A DNA stretch of 44,062 nucleotides from the IMG/VR virus record IMGVR_UViG_2529292906_000019, positions 1 to 44,062 of that record; one strand, 5' to 3'. Source of the DNA: a virus. Lineage: Duplodnaviria > Heunggongvirae > Uroviricota > Caudoviricetes. The stretch's first letter is position 1; every line of letters begins with the position of its first letter. Made by a program: the position numbers and the translations under genes. The notes below the pieces were generated by a model. That model ran no database searches and was not told where the DNA came from. It saw only the letters and a program-made list of their open reading frames with translations. This document shows positions 27,853 to 35,210 of the stretch, one piece after another.

Positions 27853-28152
27853 TCAATCCGTTGATATTATGATATCAGAGGGTTGGGTGATGCGGTAGCC
27901 AAGTCGGCGAAGAAAACGAGTCCCAGATGAAAGGTTGAAGACCCCTTCATCCTCCAGTAATGGACGGCATGATACCAGGCCATTTCTGCTATAGACGAGA
28001 TACTGACGATCCAGTGGCATTGAGGCCATAAGCCTTCCATCTGAACGCCTGATAATGTCGTACCAATCGCCTTGCTCCTGACTTTCCTTCACAAAACCCC
28101 CTTCTTTGCTATCAACAAATTTCACTCTTCCAGCCGGGATAATCCCGTCCAC
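27853..28152 (-). CDS. hypothetical protein
   Basis: 99-aa ORF with a GTG start and no clear RBS; first ORF after a 440-bp AT-rich gap. Confidence 0.3.
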   Translation of the reverse strand: MDGIIPAGRVKFVDSKEGGFVKESQEQGDWYDIIRRSDGRLMASMPLDRQYLVYSRNGLVSCRPLLEDEGVFNLSSGTRFLRRLGYRITQPSDIIISTD

Positions 28153-28588
28153 AGAACCAACATACCAAATGGCGCAAATTTCCTAATAGGTTGGCTGGAA
28201 GAAAAAATAAAAATATTTACTGCAACATCTTAACTATACCCCAAAACAACTGTACATATAAACAGTATTCGTCTGTTTTGCTTAAGTATGCACATGAAAT
28301 CCCTGTTTGCGCAAGGTCATTTATCCGATTGATTTAGATAAATTTTATTGCTACTTTCGCGCAAAAATTGATCGTTATTTTTAACAGTTGACTACGTCAA
28401 AACTGTCGACTGTAAATATCTGATTGGAATGCTCTCGTCAGGTAAATGACAAAGGTGTAGATGTCGTCAGGGGACATATTTCACTGACAGCGAGGAAAGT
28501 CAGGTTGGTAATTTGTTGCTGCGCTGTGCTTATTTGATAATCGATTTCATAGATCAATTTTACCAAATCGATCGGTATTATCGATCGA

Positions 28589-28843
28589 CTAATATTTGTA
28601 GCGTTTTTCCGGGAGAAGAGCGTATTCGTAGGTGAAGTTGAATGCCTCGTTTTCAGTGTTAAATCGGCGTTCTGAGATATCTCTCCAGTGCCCTACCCTG
28701 AAATACTTCTGAGCAACCCACTTTCCCTCGAACGGGAACACAGCGTAAGCGCCCACGTACTGATGATCAGCGTGCGGGTCGGGATATGACTCCCCCTCTA
28801 CCAGAGAGTAAAACTTGATGCCGCTTATAATTATGCAGCTCAA
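28589..28843 (-). CDS. hypothetical protein
   Basis: 84-aa ORF with a TTG start directly after the upstream TAA; its stop abuts a GATC-rich segment. Confidence 0.35.
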   Translation of the reverse strand: MSCIIISGIKFYSLVEGESYPDPHADHQYVGAYAVFPFEGKWVAQKYFRVGHWRDISERRFNTENEAFNFTYEYALLPEKRYKY

Positions 28844-29086
28844 TTATTTTTTCTCGTTCTGCGCGGCCAGATCCAGATAGCGCGGATCGGACGCTCTTGG
28901 CAACGTCATGCTCTGCTCGCGGTAGTTGAAGTATTCACGAAGATGCTCTGGTTTCTCACGCGCTACCTGCTCATCGATAACAGGCATGTTCATGCGCTCT
29001 TTGTACGCTACGCCACTGGCAGCTAGGTCGACGTTAACCTTGTCCTGCTCTTCTTTCGATTTTGCTGCGATGTTATGACCAGACAT
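28844..29086 (-). CDS. hypothetical protein
   Basis: 80-aa ORF with an ATG start; its SD-like GAGAGGGA lies inside a perfect 9-bp hairpin. Confidence 0.4.
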   Translation of the reverse strand: MSGHNIAAKSKEEQDKVNVDLAASGVAYKERMNMPVIDEQVAREKPEHLREYFNYREQSMTLPRASDPRYLDLAAQNEKK

Positions 29087-29091
29087 GATGA

Positions 29092-29117
29092 ATCCCTCTC
29101 GATGCTTTGAGAGGGAT
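29092..29117 (-). promoter_or_regulatory. RBS-sequestering hairpin before the 80-aa gene
   Basis: ATCCCTCTC / GAGAGGGAT perfect 9-bp inverted repeat with an 8-nt loop, ending 5 nt before the ATG at 29086. Confidence 0.4.
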
Positions 29118-29277
29118 TATAGGTCAGGCTGCTATTTGTTTCGACTGACAAAATTCCGGCAATTTAGCACGTACTCAGTGCTTCAGCGACCGGCTGAGGA
29201 ACTTCATCAGCTCAAGGTTGCGAAGAAGGAAACCGCCAAAGTGGAACTTCTGCTTAGAATAATTTATTGATAGAAGA

Positions 29278-29556
29278 TCAGTGAATAAAATCAGTTGGGA
29301 CAGGTGTGACGCCGGATGAAATAATTAACTCAGGAAGCTCGCTACCATTCAAAGTTCTACCCACGCCTACAGCGTATGTTTCACCGTTAACCTGTATCAG
29401 ATGCACATCGTAAGAACGGTGGGACCCAGCTGAAGGTGGAGAGTTGTTACTACCAATCGACGCCTCGAAAAAATTCAACCGCTGCTTGAGTTCAGTATCC
29501 TCATAAATTTCACCATCACGTCCAAAGCCAACAAGTAAATATTTGATCATAGCCAT
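29278..29556 (-). CDS. hypothetical protein
   Basis: 92-aa ORF with GAGG upstream of the ATG. Confidence 0.4.
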   Translation of the reverse strand: MAMIKYLLVGFGRDGEIYEDTELKQRLNFFEASIGSNNSPPSAGSHRSYDVHLIQVNGETYAVGVGRTLNGSELPELIISSGVTPVPTDFIH

Positions 29557-29914
29557 GCTAACCTCAGTTCCAAGTCGTTTTTGACCTTCAATCGCTACCT
29601 AGTGGGTAACTCCCAATAACTAAGGAATAGATCAGTAGCTTTTGCCCTTAATCTCAAGAACTTTCCTTGCCTTAGATGAAGAAATCAGCACTCGATCAAA
29701 ATTTCTATTTTTTTTCTCAATTATTGACATCCCTGCCAGGCCTTATAAGACGCGCGCTTAGCGATCCTCACCCTTTTTCAAGCTCAATTTAACCTCAAAA
29801 TCAACTATTGTGCTGAAAAGAATCCCTACTACAATGGGCATCAGGAAGCAAGATATAGCAAATGGAAGTCTAAAAAACGCAATATGTTGCGTTTGGTTGG
29901 AAGGCTAAATGCGG

Positions 29915-29945
29915 ATATGAAAAACCCGGCTGATTAGACCGGGTC
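29915..29945 (-). terminator. rho-independent terminator (minus strand)
   Basis: Minus strand CCCGGTCTAATCAGCCGGG followed by TTTTTC. Confidence 0.45.
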
Positions 29946-29977
29946 TTCAATCGGTAACAGAGTTACAGCTCCGTTGC

Positions 29978-29999
29978 CGTGCCGTAAAACACTGGCGAC
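29978..29999. repeat. 22-bp direct repeat, copy 1 (CGTGCCGTAAAACACTGGCGAC)
   Basis: Identical to 30154..30175, 176 bp away, in a region with no ORF of 60 aa or more. Confidence 0.7.
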
Positions 30000-30153
30000 T
30001 TGAAGTAGCTTAATCAAATGCAGCGCATTCTTCAAGTAACCAGGAACGCCCTGAAGCACTCTGGTACACCCAGTAACAACTTAGGGACTGATATAGCTGT
30101 GAATTTTTAGTCCGGGTTTTTGGTGATTCTTAAACCCCACCCCAACAATTAAT

Positions 30154-30175
30154 CGTGCCGTAAAACACTGGCGAC
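30154..30175. repeat. 22-bp direct repeat, copy 2
   Basis: Identical to 29978..29999; lies ~70 nt upstream of a 27-codon hydrophobic ORF. Confidence 0.7.
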
Positions 30176-30246
30176 ACAGTGAAAACTGCAAAGGCAAGCC
30201 CATGGGTGTTTGCAGCTAGGCGCGATAAAACTAAGAGAGTCCCATA

Positions 30247-30330
30247 ATGGCTGACTTACTTATCAAAATCGTACCTCCGATTATCGTGATTGTTACTGCG
30301 ATCATTGAGTACGTAAACCAGCGCCCGTAA
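30247..30330 (+). CDS. possible small hydrophobic peptide (27 aa, MADLLIKIVPPIIVIVTAIIEYVNQRP)
   Basis: ATG with a weak SD, followed 14 nt after the stop by a + strand terminator; not matched to any known family. Confidence 0.2.
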   Translation: MADLLIKIVPPIIVIVTAIIEYVNQRP

Positions 30331-30343
30331 GCATGGTATAGCC

Positions 30344-30374
30344 CAAAGGCCCAGAAATGGGCCTTTCCTTTTAC
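30344..30374 (+). terminator. rho-independent terminator (+ strand)
   Basis: AAAGGCCCAGAAATGGGCCTTT followed by CCTTTTA. Confidence 0.5.
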
Positions 30375-30389
30375 GCAGCAATTCCCCTC

Positions 30390-30540
30390 AGGTTACACAG
30401 CTCAGGAAAATTAGCTCGCACCAAAGCCTCAGCAAACGGCGGAGGAACAGCGTTACCGCAGCGGGCAACCTGCTTATCCTTCACGTACTTCTTATCGCTG
30501 TAGTCCTGAATAATGATATACAACTAAGGAACATACAGCC
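30390..30540 (-). pseudogene. 3' remnant of a DNA methyltransferase gene (C-terminal ~50 codons only)
   Basis: Minus-strand translation LYIIIQDYSDKKYVKDKQVARCGNAVPPPFAEALVRANFPELCNLRGIAA*; GNAV resembles C5-methyltransferase motif X; a stop lies immediately upstream in frame, so no N-terminal part is present. Confidence 0.35.
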
Positions 30541-30626
30541 TCATACCAAGATGTTCGGTACCCAGTATCAATTGACCTCAACACATAGCAAGAAGTTATT
30601 GCACTCGTTCTCAAAGTAAAACCACC

Positions 30627-30655
30627 TTGAAAAAGAGATATCATTTTGATATCAT
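30627..30655 (+). promoter_or_regulatory. promoter with overlapping palindromic operator for the AT-rich cassette
   Basis: TTGAAA, 17-bp spacer, TATCAT; 17-bp perfect palindrome GATATCATTTTGATATC (30637..30653) overlaps the spacer and -10. Confidence 0.5.
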
Positions 30656-30688
30656 GTCTTGAGAAACCTCTAGAGGTAAGGATTCATT

Positions 30689-31054
30689 ATGCCCTTAAGC
30701 ACAGATGTTGATCGTGTGTTAACGTTCACTGAAAGACTTGAACAAATTTTAATGGAAATGGTCGAAAAACATGACCATTTCTTTGACTTCCTTCGAGTAC
30801 GGGGTGGACAAAATCTTCCCCAAACTGTTTCAGTAAAAAATGAAAAATTCAAAATTAGCATCCCATTGATTATGCTAATTTTGTTAATCACACGCTTAAT
30901 AGTCTTCAAACTTGCGATTATGTATAAGCTCATAAGATCCAAAATGCTTGAAGTGAAAGCACTGTCTAAAGTAGGCCAAAACACGCATATCTATCTTTTT
31001 GATTTAGATACAGTTCGGAAATTGAACATTAAGGAGACCTTATGTCACGCATGA
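30689..31054 (+). CDS. first gene of the three-gene cassette, unknown function
   Basis: 121-codon ORF in AT-rich DNA; RBS AGGTAAGGA before the ATG; overlaps the next gene by 13 nt. Confidence 0.45.
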   Translation: MPLSTDVDRVLTFTERLEQILMEMVEKHDHFFDFLRVRGGQNLPQTVSVKNEKFKISIPLIMLILLITRLIVFKLAIMYKLIRSKMLEVKALSKVGQNTHIYLFDLDTVRKLNIKETLCHA

Positions 31055-31317
31055 AAAAGCCTGACAGCTTTCTCCTTAGATTCAAAGAAGAAGATGGTAT
31101 CAACGGTATCAGTTCTGAATCCTTTGAAAAACTAATGAAAGCTACTGGCATGAGTAAAACAGACCTCATGCATTTTGCACTCGTAAACTTAGTGGAAAAA
31201 TACATCCCGGCTTATGAGCAAGATGATGGGCCCTTGACCGAAGCTCAATTCCGGACACTACATGAAAGATCGAAAACTAACCAAACGCCGGATGAGAGTT
31301 TCGAAATGCTATTGTAG
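31042..31317 (+). CDS. putative antitoxin, DinJ/RelB-like ribbon-helix-helix
   Basis: 91 aa; ...FKEEDGINGISSESFEKLMKATGMSKTDLMHFALVNLVEK parallels the DinJ N-terminal pattern recalled from memory; RBS AAGGAGA; directly upstream of the MazF-like gene. Confidence 0.5.
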   Translation: MSRMKKPDSFLLRFKEEDGINGISSESFEKLMKATGMSKTDLMHFALVNLVEKYIPAYEQDDGPLTEAQFRTLHERSKTNQTPDESFEMLL

Positions 31318-31325
31318 GTATAAAA

Positions 31326-31727
31326 ATGCATTCGAAAATAGAACCATTGCCAAAGACCGGCGATATTGTTTGGCTACAACCATCTGAAGAATGGGGAGTT
31401 GATACTCCCAAAAGGAGACCAGGTGTGGTATTAGGTGTATCGAAACTAAGGCATGAAATCATAGTTGCATTCGGTACGAGCCAAAAAACACACAAACTCT
31501 ACCCATCAGAGTTTCTTATTCAAAAAGCTGATGGCGATGATGTTTTTGGTCTATCTGGGTTAAGCTACGATACTAAATTTGACTTAGCCAGAACATCTAT
31601 CCTGCCTTTTACTACAGAGTTTTTCTCTAAGGCACCAAGAAAAAATAATGTCCCTTATCCAAAGCTTGGTAGTGTTCATATAACGTACTACAAAGCGATG
31701 TGCAAGGCGAAAAACAATAGTAATTGA
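31326..31727 (+). CDS. putative toxin, MazF/PemK/Kid-like fold
   Basis: 133 aa; GDIVWLQP...RRPGVVLGVS...IIVAFGTSQ...SEFLI parallels MazF GDLIWVDF...HRPAVVLS...VPCTTQ...FEVVL from memory. Confidence 0.6.
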   Translation: MHSKIEPLPKTGDIVWLQPSEEWGVDTPKRRPGVVLGVSKLRHEIIVAFGTSQKTHKLYPSEFLIQKADGDDVFGLSGLSYDTKFDLARTSILPFTTEFFSKAPRKNNVPYPKLGSVHITYYKAMCKAKNNSN

Positions 31728-31744
31728 CTTCTGAAGTGCTGTAG

Positions 31745-31780
31745 TATCCACTACAGCACAATTTTCTAAGCAATCAATAA
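31745..31780 (+). terminator. terminator-like hairpin after the cassette
   Basis: Perfect 9-bp inverted repeat GTGCTGTAG / CTACAGCAC followed by AATTTTCT. Confidence 0.45.
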
Positions 31781-31869
31781 ACTTACTATTTCAAATCATT
31801 CCCCCTGCCCCAATAGGATCTGATCGCGTTCGTCATCGGTTACTGGTGCTGACTCAGTTAAGTTAATTT

Positions 31870-32354
31870 TCATACCGAACCGCTTTTAACAAAGATAATC
31901 CAGTGAGTTTTGTCGTTCTTTCCGGTACGCTGACCAATTGCAGGTTTCACATCTGTAAGTGCCAAAATCTGGCTAACAGGGATCTGCGTCTCGTTCCATT
32001 TGAATATGAGAACGCCGTGTGGCCACAGTACGCGAAAAGCCTCTTTGAATCCGCTTCGTAAATCAGAACGCCACGTTTTTTGTTCAGTCGCCCGTATTTT
32101 TTACCCATCCAGGCAGACTGGCCAACGCGCTCGAGGTGCGGCGGGTCAAACACCACAACCGGAAAAGAAGAATCAGCGAACGGCAGTGAACGAAAATCGG
32201 CAATCAGGTCGGGACTGATAACCAGGCGGCGACCGTCGCACAGTTCGTGCTCTTCGGCGCGGATATCAGTGAACACGGCGCGGGTGTCCTGCTTGTTGAA
32301 CCAGAACATGCGGGAGCCGCAGCACATATCAAGAATCGTCGTGCTGTCGGTCAT
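31870..32354 (-). CDS. small DNA methyltransferase (DPPH motif), frame-disrupted at a homopolymer
   Basis: N-terminal frame MTDSTTILDMCCGS...VVFDPPHLERVGQSAWMGKKYGRLNKK (stop at 31947), then protein-like sequence continues in the -1 frame ...TWRSDLRSGFKEAFRVLWPHGVLIFKWNETQIP... to 31870; they join if the T6 run at 32076..32081 (coding A6) were one base longer. Confidence 0.5.
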
Positions 32355-32662
32355 ACTGATGTTCTCCCGTAAAACGCCAGAACCCGCTGCATCGCCGGAC
32401 TTGTGCGGCATACTGATGCGACCACGTTTTTTCTCATGCTCGATTTGAGCTGCTTGATGTTCAGATCCCCGCCGGGCTGAAGCATGTAGACCGGGTGATG
32501 CGGATCGCCAGTGCGGATAACTACCGCTCTGCGTACCAGGTGAAGCAGCAGGTTGTGTGCCTTCTTGCAGTCGCATCCCAGAAGGTTCTGAACCTGACGC
32601 GGCGTTACGGTCTGGTTAGCCTGAAGAAAATCAACGATTGCCCACAGTGATTTGCTTGCCAT
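32351..32662 (-). CDS. hypothetical protein, possible winged-helix DNA-binding
   Basis: 103-aa ORF between the DnaC-like and methyltransferase genes, translationally coupled. Confidence 0.4.
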   Translation of the reverse strand: MASKSLWAIVDFLQANQTVTPRQVQNLLGCDCKKAHNLLLHLVRRAVVIRTGDPHHPVYMLQPGGDLNIKQLKSSMRKNVVASVCRTSPAMQRVLAFYGRTSV

Positions 32663-32680
32663 AGTGATTTGCCCTCGAAG

Positions 32681-33430
32681 TTATTTAACGATCCGGAGAT
32701 GACTAACGTTCTTGCGATAGCTGCCCCAGTCAAAGTTCACCCACATTCCGCCATCCATCTGGAGGCGATCGATAACCCGCGCACCCAATGCGCCGAGAAG
32801 TTCGTAATGGTTCAGATTCGTCAGAACGCCAACCGGGCGCATCGACGACAGCCGACGATCGATAACCTGATTCAGAATGACTTTCTCCCCGTTGCTACCG
32901 CGCTGAATACCGACTTCATCCAGCACCAGCAGATCGACTTTGCAGAGGTCATCCAGAAGTGAAGCCTCGGATTGACCACCGTCGTAGCACTCGCGAACGC
33001 GTAGCATCAGGTCAGGGATTGTCACCACCAGCACTGATTGGCCACCGGACAGGAGATGATTTCCGATCGCTGCTGCCAGATGGTTTTTCCCGGTACCAGG
33101 TCCACCGCTAAACACGAAGCTCGCAAAGCCAGCACCAAAGTTCTGTGCGTAGCTTTTCGCCATGGTGTAGGCCTTGCGCTGTTGCTCACCGGATACTTCG
33201 TAGTTGGCGAACGTGCAGCTGCGGTGCAGGCCCTGGATGCCAGAACGCCCGAAGATTTTCTCTGTGCGCGCTTTCTGATTCCGCTTGCCCAGCTCTTCGC
33301 AATGTTTCAAGCCTTCTTCCCGCTGCCACGCCAGCAGTTCTGCTGCATTGGTGAACTTCGGCTGTACGCCTGGCGGAATGAGTTTCTTCAGGCGCTCAAG
33401 AGCGCTGCCGGAATTAACAATGTTTTTCAC
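32681..33430 (-). CDS. replication protein, DnaC-like helicase loader
   Basis: 249 aa with Walker A GGPGTGKNHLAAAIG and Walker B LLVLDEVG; directly downstream of the O-like gene. Confidence 0.8.
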   Translation of the reverse strand: MKNIVNSGSALERLKKLIPPGVQPKFTNAAELLAWQREEGLKHCEELGKRNQKARTEKIFGRSGIQGLHRSCTFANYEVSGEQQRKAYTMAKSYAQNFGAGFASFVFSGGPGTGKNHLAAAIGNHLLSGGQSVLVVTIPDLMLRVRECYDGGQSEASLLDDLCKVDLLVLDEVGIQRGSNGEKVILNQVIDRRLSSMRPVGVLTNLNHYELLGALGARVIDRLQMDGGMWVNFDWGSYRKNVSHLRIVK

Positions 33431-33432
33431 CG

Positions 33433-34377
33433 TTACCCCCTGAATCCGGTTGGGATGGTTTTATCTGGCTCAGAAATGCGGTTCACATCCCTTCCCGTTT
33501 TGCGGTCGTTGAGAGCGAACTTCGGTTTGAACAGTCCCTGGTAGCCGTTGGCGATACTGGTGTTGATCACGTCAACCGGGTCATGCCCTGCGTCCAGGCA
33601 TGCCTTCAGCAACTTGAACGCTTTGGTGACCGTCAGTTCGGTCTTGATGGCTTTGCCAGACTGCTGGCGATAGGAAACCCACTCACCCCAGGACACAGAA
33701 TCAAGCCACTCAGGAACGAGAATTGTCAGCGGGTCAAACTTCACCTTCCCCCCTGGGGGATTAGAGGGGGTTAGATCTGTTTTTATATTTGTCTTTGGAA
33801 GAATGTCTTTGGTGTTCCCTGTTTTCAGGGATACCTCTCCCTGTTTTTGGGGATGGTTATCCCCGTTTTCAGGGATAGCTGAAGGGGTAAAATTGCTATC
33901 CCTGAATTCGGGGATGGTAATAACCCATGTAACAACTTCAGCAGCAGGAAACACCGCTGGACACTTCATGCAATTTGGCTTGGTATACGCCCATTTATCC
34001 AGGCTGGTATTAATCCCAATGTATCTGGTTTGCCCAATGCGGCGCAGGATGATGATGTTCCGATAGGCTAGGCTCAGCACGGCTTCTGAGACGTGTTTCA
34101 CCTTAAGCGTCGTTTTGTCTGCAATGAGGCTATTGGCGATGCGGTCCGAACTCTTGGACCAGCCATAGGTCAGACGAACGATAGCGTTCAGCACCCGGAA
34201 CTCACGCCCGGATAGTTCGACGATACACAGGGCATCCTGAATCTGGTTGGCCAGGCGCAAATAGCCTTTCTCCAGCTCAGCCATGCTGCTCTCCTGTTTC
34301 CCCTGCTGCGTGGGGAATTTGAATATTTCAGCGGTATTTGACATACTGTTCTCCGCAATTACCTTCCGTTTTTGCAC
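33433..34377 (-). CDS. replication initiator, lambda O-like
   Basis: 314-aa ORF that contains an iteron array plus an AT-rich tract in its coding sequence, as for lambda ori in O; followed by the DnaC-like gene. Confidence 0.7.
   Translation of the reverse strand: MQKRKVIAENSMSNTAEIFKFPTQQGKQESSMAELEKGYLRLANQIQDALCIVELSGREFRVLNAIVRLTYGWSKSSDRIANSLIADKTTLKVKHVSEAVLSLAYRNIIILRRIGQTRYIGINTSLDKWAYTKPNCMKCPAVFPAAEVVTWVITIPEFRDSNFTPSAIPENGDNHPQKQGEVSLKTGNTKDILPKTNIKTDLTPSNPPGGKVKFDPLTILVPEWLDSVSWGEWVSYRQQSGKAIKTELTVTKAFKLLKACLDAGHDPVDVINTSIANGYQGLFKPKFALNDRKTGRDVNRISEPDKTIPTGFRG
33816..33915. repeat. origin iterons, four ~18-bp inverted-repeat units
   Basis: TCCCTGTTTTCAGGGATA, TCCCTGTTTTTGGGGAT, ATCCCCGTTTTCAGGGATA, ATCCCTGAATTCGGGGAT, with an adjacent AT-rich tract at 33770..33815. 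Confidence 0.7.
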
Positions 34378-34428
34378 CTGAAAGCCGTTGGTGTTCTAGC
34401 ACCGCGGCTTTCGCCATTTTTGAACCCG

Positions 34429-34968
34429 TCATACAGCCCCCAGCATCAACTGCACCATCTCCATCAGCGGACCGGTTAAGCCAGGGTCAACGCGGTACAT
34501 CTCCACGATCCCCTCGCTCAGCTCTTTCAGCTTCTGATGACGCGGCGCATCCATTGCGACAGCTATCTTCGCTTCGCTGGTTTCCTTCTCCATACGTGCC
34601 AGACGGGCCATGACGTTGTCTTCTGGCAGCAGGCGACTGCGGTACACAATCGGCAGAACGGCGAGGATTGCAGGAGTCAGCTGGCGGACGTTCTCGCGGT
34701 AACGTTCGCTGTTGAAATGGTTATCCAGGAAGCGGAAAAGCTTCTGGCGCTTTCGGCAGAGATCGTCAGGGAAAGTGATGTCATCACCACCCTGTGCCTG
34801 GTACTCTTCGATGATCAGAGCCGTAACTACGTCCTGACCATCGGCACCAGCCCAGGAGCGGACCGCGTCACGAATATCTTCGTGGCTCGGCCCCCTACGT
34901 GCTTGAGCGCGATTTATCATTACCCCTTGAGTAATGTCGCTATCATTCTGGTAAGTAAGTGTCTGCAT
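34429..34968 (-). CDS. YdaT-like protein
   Basis: 179 aa; IIEEYQAQGGDDITFP and RQLTPAILAVLPIVYRSRL parallel E. coli Rac YdaT ITEEYLRQGGGELP and QKLIPAILAILPRELRHRL recalled from memory. Confidence 0.5.
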   Translation of the reverse strand: MQTLTYQNDSDITQGVMINRAQARRGPSHEDIRDAVRSWAGADGQDVVTALIIEEYQAQGGDDITFPDDLCRKRQKLFRFLDNHFNSERYRENVRQLTPAILAVLPIVYRSRLLPEDNVMARLARMEKETSEAKIAVAMDAPRHQKLKELSEGIVEMYRVDPGLTGPLMEMVQLMLGAV

Positions 34969-34979
34969 GGTTAATGCTC

Positions 34980-35189
34980 CTACTTTGGTAAACCGTCAGT
35001 GGGATTTGGGTAGAGATCTGGGCGCAGCTCGTGTGGCGTTACGCCGGTTGCCTCAAACACTGGTAGCACTCGTTCGGCAGGAATTCCTTTACGGCGCCAC
35101 AGCGAAACAGCCATTTTTGAAACGCCGATCAAAGCTCCAAGCGCGCTGGCCGAGCCAGATCGGAGAATTGCATTTTCAATACCAGTCAT
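34980..35189 (-). CDS. Cro/YdaS-like HTH DNA-binding protein
   Basis: 69 aa with an HTH segment (ALIGVSKMAVSLWRRKGIP); perfect SD GGAGG before the ATG; divergent from the repressor. Confidence 0.6.
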   Translation of the reverse strand: MTGIENAILRSGSASALGALIGVSKMAVSLWRRKGIPAERVLPVFEATGVTPHELRPDLYPNPTDGLPK

Positions 35190-35210
35190 AGGACCTCCTT
35201 AAGTGAGCAA

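Noticed and set aside
29978-30175. Possible CRISPR array suggested by the 22-bp direct repeat
   Set aside because: Only two copies, 176 bp apart (far longer than CRISPR spacers), no partially palindromic repeat structure and no cas genes in the window.
29557-30690. Retron (msr/msd) or tRNA gene in the ORF-poor region
   Set aside because: No reverse transcriptase gene anywhere in the window and the repeats are direct rather than inverted a1/a2-type; no tRNA T-loop-like GGTTCGAATCC motif or cloverleaf-compatible segment was found by eye. An automated tRNA or covariance scan was not run.
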